From the NCBI GenBank assembly GCA_963831755.1, contig CAWHRC010000018.1, positions 1,690 through 65,689 of the forward strand: 64,000 bases of DNA, read 5' to 3'. Shown here one piece after another: positions 60,251 to 64,000 of this stretch; the stretch's first letter is position 1, and every line of letters begins with the position of its first letter. Under the pieces are notes generated by a model. That model worked only from the letters and a program-made list of their open reading frames with translations, did not search any database and was not told the origin of the DNA. The position numbers and the translations under genes were made by a program. Source of the DNA: an uncultured Acidobacteriota bacterium. GTDB lineage: Bacteria; Acidobacteriota; Vicinamibacteria; Fen-336.

Positions 60251-62169
60251 GCAAGGCGTTTCTCGTCCGCGGGGCCGCGCTCGCTGCGGTCTTCGCAACC
60301 GGCATGGCCGCCAACCAGCTCGGTGTCGGCACGAGGCTCCAGCAGGGCTATGCCGCTGTCCGCAAGAAGGCGGTGGACGTGCGAACGCCGGCGAGCGACC
60401 GGCAGCGCCCGGCGGGTCCCAGCGTGCGGGCGTCCACGCCACAGGCGTTGTCCACCTGGGTGGTGGACGACTCCACGAAGGTCTTCCCCGGCGACGACCT
60501 GGGCCCGCCTCGCGCCAGCGGCGAGCCAGCCCCGCCGGTCCAGCTCGAGGGCGCGCCGGGCGAGACGGTCGCCTTCCAGCTCGTGCTCGCGGCAGCGGCG
60601 GGAAGCCCGCGGGTGAGCGTGGACTGGGCCGACCTGGAGGGACCGGGCGCGCGCGTCCCTCGCTCCCGCGTCGAGGTCCTGCTGGAGTCCTACATCCGCT
60701 GCCCCGAGACCGAGGACAAGGTCGTGGGGCTCGGCGCCGGCGAGTACCCCGACGCCCTCGTCCCGCTGTTCGAATCCGGCCCGGGCAGCGCGCCCCTGGC
60801 TTCGCCCTTCGCTCTCGTCCCCCGGCGCAACCAGCCGCTGTGGGTGGACGTGGTCATTCCCCGCAGGCTGCCGGCCGGGGTCTATCGCGGCGCCCTGGCG
60901 GTGTCCGCGGAGGGCGGGCCGAAGGTTCGAGTCCCGCTGGAGCTGAGCGTGCAGCCGTTCGAGATTCCCGTGCGCCGCTCGCTCGTCGCCTGGGTGCCGC
61001 TGTACGCCACGCGCCTGTGGAGCCGGGAGGGGCTCGACGGCCTGCCGGACGACGAGGCCCTGGCCGTCGTGCAGCGCTACTTCCGGATGGCCCACGACCA
61101 TCGCTTCGACACCCAGGTGAAGGAAGACGAACCCGACATCGAGTGGGACCGCTCGACGGGGGCGCCGCTCGAGGTGAACTGGAGCGCGTACGACGCCCTC
61201 AACGGCTCCTCTCTCGACGGCTCCCTGTTCGAGGACAAAGAGCCGCCCAGGCTGTGGAAGGTCGGGGGCGGTCATTGGTGGGGGATGCGCCCCGGCGATC
61301 CCCCCAACTTCGGCGGCTACCACAAGACCGACTCCGACCTGAACCCCGCGCACCGCCGTGCGCTCGACGCCTACGCCAAGGAGATCGCGCGGCACTTCAA
61401 GGAGAAGGGCTGGACCCGGCCTCGCCTGTTCTTCTACCCGATCGACGAGCCGGACCTGCAGGCCCAGCCGAACTACGCGAGCCTGGTGAAGGCCTGGGGC
61501 CAGACGCTGCGCTCCTCCGGCACGGGCATCGGGCAGCTGGTCACGATGGGGCCCTACGAGAGCCCGATCCCCCTCGGCTTCGTGGACATCTGGGCGACGA
61601 CCGGCGGCGGGTACTTCCCGCGGAGAATGGCGGAGCGCCAGAAGCTCGGCGAGTGGACCTGGTTCTACCAGCAGCACGAGCCGTTCGTCGGCGGCAACTC
61701 CGTCAACAACGAAGGCCTCGGGCTCCGGACCTGGGGCTGGATCGCCTGGCGCTACCACACCGACGGCGTCTTCCTCTGGGCCGGCAACTTCTGGAACGCG
61801 GATCCCTACCGCGACCCCCAGAACTGGAGCAAGAACCTGCTGGGCAACGGCATCCTCTTCTATCCCGGCCGCCTGCTCGGCGCCCTCGGCCTGCCCGCCA
61901 AGCCCGGCCCGATCGCGTCGTTCCGGATGAAGGCGCTGCGGCGCGGCCTGCTGGACTACGAGTACTTCCAGCTCCTGCGATCGCTGGGGGGAGACCCCGA
62001 TCCGCTCGTGGCCCGCGTGCTCCACTCGGCCCTCAACGAGGAGGAGACGGACCGCTCGTGGCAGCACTCGCGCTGGGCCCGGCACGGGGACTGGGTGCAC
62101 GATACCGCGGCGTGGGACCGGGTTCGACACGAAGTGGCTCTCGAAATCCGCCGGAAGCTGGGCAAGTGA
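60247..62169 (+). CDS. DUF4091/GH123-like exported glycoside hydrolase domain protein
   Basis: N-terminal signal/anchor, GETVAFQL, YPDALVP, LWVDV.IP, YPIDEP, GNGILFYPG, S.RMKALRRGLLDYEY. Confidence 0.75.
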   Translation: MSKAFLVRGAALAAVFATGMAANQLGVGTRLQQGYAAVRKKAVDVRTPASDRQRPAGPSVRASTPQALSTWVVDDSTKVFPGDDLGPPRASGEPAPPVQLEGAPGETVAFQLVLAAAAGSPRVSVDWADLEGPGARVPRSRVEVLLESYIRCPETEDKVVGLGAGEYPDALVPLFESGPGSAPLASPFALVPRRNQPLWVDVVIPRRLPAGVYRGALAVSAEGGPKVRVPLELSVQPFEIPVRRSLVAWVPLYATRLWSREGLDGLPDDEALAVVQRYFRMAHDHRFDTQVKEDEPDIEWDRSTGAPLEVNWSAYDALNGSSLDGSLFEDKEPPRLWKVGGGHWWGMRPGDPPNFGGYHKTDSDLNPAHRRALDAYAKEIARHFKEKGWTRPRLFFYPIDEPDLQAQPNYASLVKAWGQTLRSSGTGIGQLVTMGPYESPIPLGFVDIWATTGGGYFPRRMAERQKLGEWTWFYQQHEPFVGGNSVNNEGLGLRTWGWIAWRYHTDGVFLWAGNFWNADPYRDPQNWSKNLLGNGILFYPGRLLGALGLPAKPGPIASFRMKALRRGLLDYEYFQLLRSLGGDPDPLVARVLHSALNEEETDRSWQHSRWARHGDWVHDTAAWDRVRHEVALEIRRKLGK

Positions 62170-62969
62170 CGACCGCTCGCGCTCTGATCCTCATGTACCA
62201 CCGTGTCGGCGATCGGGCCGTCGGCCGTCCCGAGGACGACGTCTATCGCGTGACGACGGCCAGCTTCGCTGCCCAGATGGCGCTGCTCGTGCGCCAGGGG
62301 CATCCGGTCGTGCCCGCCGCGGCCCTGGACTCCGCGCACGTTCCTGCCAGAGCGGTGGTCCTGACCTTCGACGATGGCTGGGACAGCGACGTCGGCGAGG
62401 CGCTGCCGATCCTCCGGCGGCACGACCTGCAAGCGAGCTTCTTCGTGAGCCCGGCACTCCTCGGCGAGGAAGGCTACCTGTCCTGGGACGGCGTCGTTCA
62501 GCTCCACGCGGAGGGCATGGAGGTCGGCAGCCACGGCCTCGACCACACGCTGCTGGGGGAGGTGTCCGCCGCGGAGGCGACGCAGCAGCTCCGGGAGTCT
62601 CGCGCCCGGCTCGAGGAGCGCCTGGGGCGGGAGATCGAATCCGTCGCGCTGCCGGGAGGCAGCGGTGGGCGCCGCGTCGCACGGCTGGCGCACGCGGCGG
62701 GCTACCGCCGAGTGATGGGCTCCCAGCCGGGCATCGCCAGCGGCGGGTCGCCGCTGCTGCCGCGTTTCGCGATCCGCCGTGGCGACGACCTCGCGGCGTT
62801 CCAGGCAGTGGTGGAACGGCGCCTGTCGCCCCGGGTGCGTCACGGTGCCCGCCACCTCGTCCTGACGTCGGCACGCCGGCTGCTCGGCCCCGCCTTCTAC
62901 GAGGCCGTCAAGGGGCGGCTGCTCGACGGTGCCGGGCGCGGGCCGAGCCGCGAGCCCAACCACGGCTGA
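62166..62969 (+). CDS. Polysaccharide deacetylase (CE4/NodB) 4
   Basis: LMYHRV, LTFDDGWDSD, GSHGLDH, ALPGG. Confidence 0.88.
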   Translation: MTTARALILMYHRVGDRAVGRPEDDVYRVTTASFAAQMALLVRQGHPVVPAAALDSAHVPARAVVLTFDDGWDSDVGEALPILRRHDLQASFFVSPALLGEEGYLSWDGVVQLHAEGMEVGSHGLDHTLLGEVSAAEATQQLRESRARLEERLGREIESVALPGGSGGRRVARLAHAAGYRRVMGSQPGIASGGSPLLPRFAIRRGDDLAAFQAVVERRLSPRVRHGARHLVLTSARRLLGPAFYEAVKGRLLDGAGRGPSREPNHG

Positions 62970-62972
62970 TCC

Positions 62973-64000
62973 GTGCTCGAGCTGCTCTTCTGGGCGTCGT
63001 GTCTGCTCGTCGGCTACTCGTACTTCGGCTATCTGGCCTGGCTGCTGCTGCGGGCCCGCCTGGCCCCGGCCCCCGAGGTGGAATGCCGGCCGATCCGCCC
63101 GCCCGTCACCGTCCTGGTCGTCGCGCACAACGAAAGCGATCGGATCGCTGCGCGAATCGAGAACTGCCTCGCGCTCGACTACCCGCGCGACCGGCTCGAG
63201 GTGCTCGTCGCCTCCGACGGCTCGACCGACGGCACGGACGAGATCGTCGAGGGCTACGCGGCGCGCGGGGCGCGCCTGCTGCGACTGCCGGGGCCGCGTG
63301 GGAAGGCCAGCGCCCTCAACGCGGCGGTGCCCGGGTGCAGCGGCGAGGTCGTGGTCCTCGCCGACGCGCGCCAGCGCTTCGCGCCGGACGCCGTCCGGGA
63401 GCTGGTCGAGCCTTTCGCCGACCCGACGGTCGGGGCGGTGAGCGGCGAGCTGCACATCGAGAGCCCGGCAGGCTCGCCGGAGGGCGTCGGCTTCTACTGG
63501 AAATACGAGAAGCTGATCCGCAGCGCGGAGAGCCGCACGGGCTCGGTCGTCGGCGCCACGGGCGCGATCTACGCGATCCGCCGCGGCCTCTTCCGGCCCC
63601 TGGCGCCGGAGACCATCCTCGACGACGTGGTAATCCCCCTGCGCATCGCCAACGCCGGCTACCGCGTGCTCTTCGAACCGCGTGCCCGGGCCTTCGACCG
63701 CCTGTTCGACGAGCCCGGCCGCGAGTTCCGGCGCAAGGTCCGCACGCTGGCCGGCAACTTCCAGCTGGTGGCCCTGGATCCCACGCTCCTGGACCCCCGC
63801 CGCAACCGTCTCTTCTGGCCGCTGCTGTCCCACAAGCTGACGCGCCTCGCCGTGCCCTGGTGCCTCTTCTCGATGCTCGCCGGGAGCGGCGCCCTCGCAC
63901 TGCGCGGCAGTGGCTTCTACGCGGCGGCCTTCGCGTTCCAGGCGGCCTTCTACCTGCTGGCGCTGGTCGCCTGGCCGCTCGCGAGAGCCGGCCGGCGCGT
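62973..64000 (+). CDS. GT2 glycosyltransferase (CESA-like), 3'-truncated by the window edge
   Basis: Translated by hand: MLELLFW.., VVAHNE, LDYPRDRLEVLVASDGSTDGT, LADARQ, GATGAIYAIRR, LDDV, RRKVRTLAG. Confidence 0.9.
   Translation, partial: MLELLFWASCLLVGYSYFGYLAWLLLRARLAPAPEVECRPIRPPVTVLVVAHNESDRIAARIENCLALDYPRDRLEVLVASDGSTDGTDEIVEGYAARGARLLRLPGPRGKASALNAAVPGCSGEVVVLADARQRFAPDAVRELVEPFADPTVGAVSGELHIESPAGSPEGVGFYWKYEKLIRSAESRTGSVVGATGAIYAIRRGLFRPLAPETILDDVVIPLRIANAGYRVLFEPRARAFDRLFDEPGREFRRKVRTLAGNFQLVALDPTLLDPRRNRLFWPLLSHKLTRLAVPWCLFSMLAGSGALALRGSGFYAAAFAFQAAFYLLALVAWPLARAGRR

Noticed and set aside
40958-64000. Calling the EPS locus a PEP-CTERM/exosortase system
   Set aside because: Several genes resemble those families, but no exosortase, PrsK/PrsR or PEP-CTERM protein is visible in the window.

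Overview
Very GC-rich bacterial DNA. The gene repertoire (wHTH-TolB propeller regulator, FHA-GAF-PP2C, Tat-exported Gfo/Idh/MocA, small HEXXH protein) suggests Acidobacteriota such as Vicinamibacteria; this is inference. The left ~33 kb is a catabolic and transport mosaic: araB-araD plus a Zn polyol dehydrogenase, MFS/DUF5009/DoxX-oxidoreductase genes, zwf, galE, fcl, a five-gene 4-hydroxyproline catabolic operon, a TonB receptor with an M28 peptidase, and a decaying glycan locus (GH-A lipoprotein, GH2, collapsed GH3, TonB-receptor tail remnant). Three toxin-antitoxin-like modules lie in this part, two with broken partners. The middle carries a peptidase-propeller-Omp85 fusion, an NCS2 permease and an unannotated CTG-start Zn-ribbon membrane protein. 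The right ~23 kb is a large Wzx/Wzy-type exopolysaccharide operon that runs off the window. It has a short OPX plus beta-barrel, a degenerate ComB-like protein, a BY-kinase without a Tyr tail, four NodB deacetylases, two CelD-like GNATs, a MurJ-type flippase, an oxidoreductase-epimerase fusion and a DUF4091/GH123-like protein. Many genes at about 0.8-3.7, 11.9-18.6 and 21-29 kb are frameshifted, most likely by long-read consensus errors, so their coordinates are approximate. No rRNA, tRNA, CRISPR array or intact transposase was seen.
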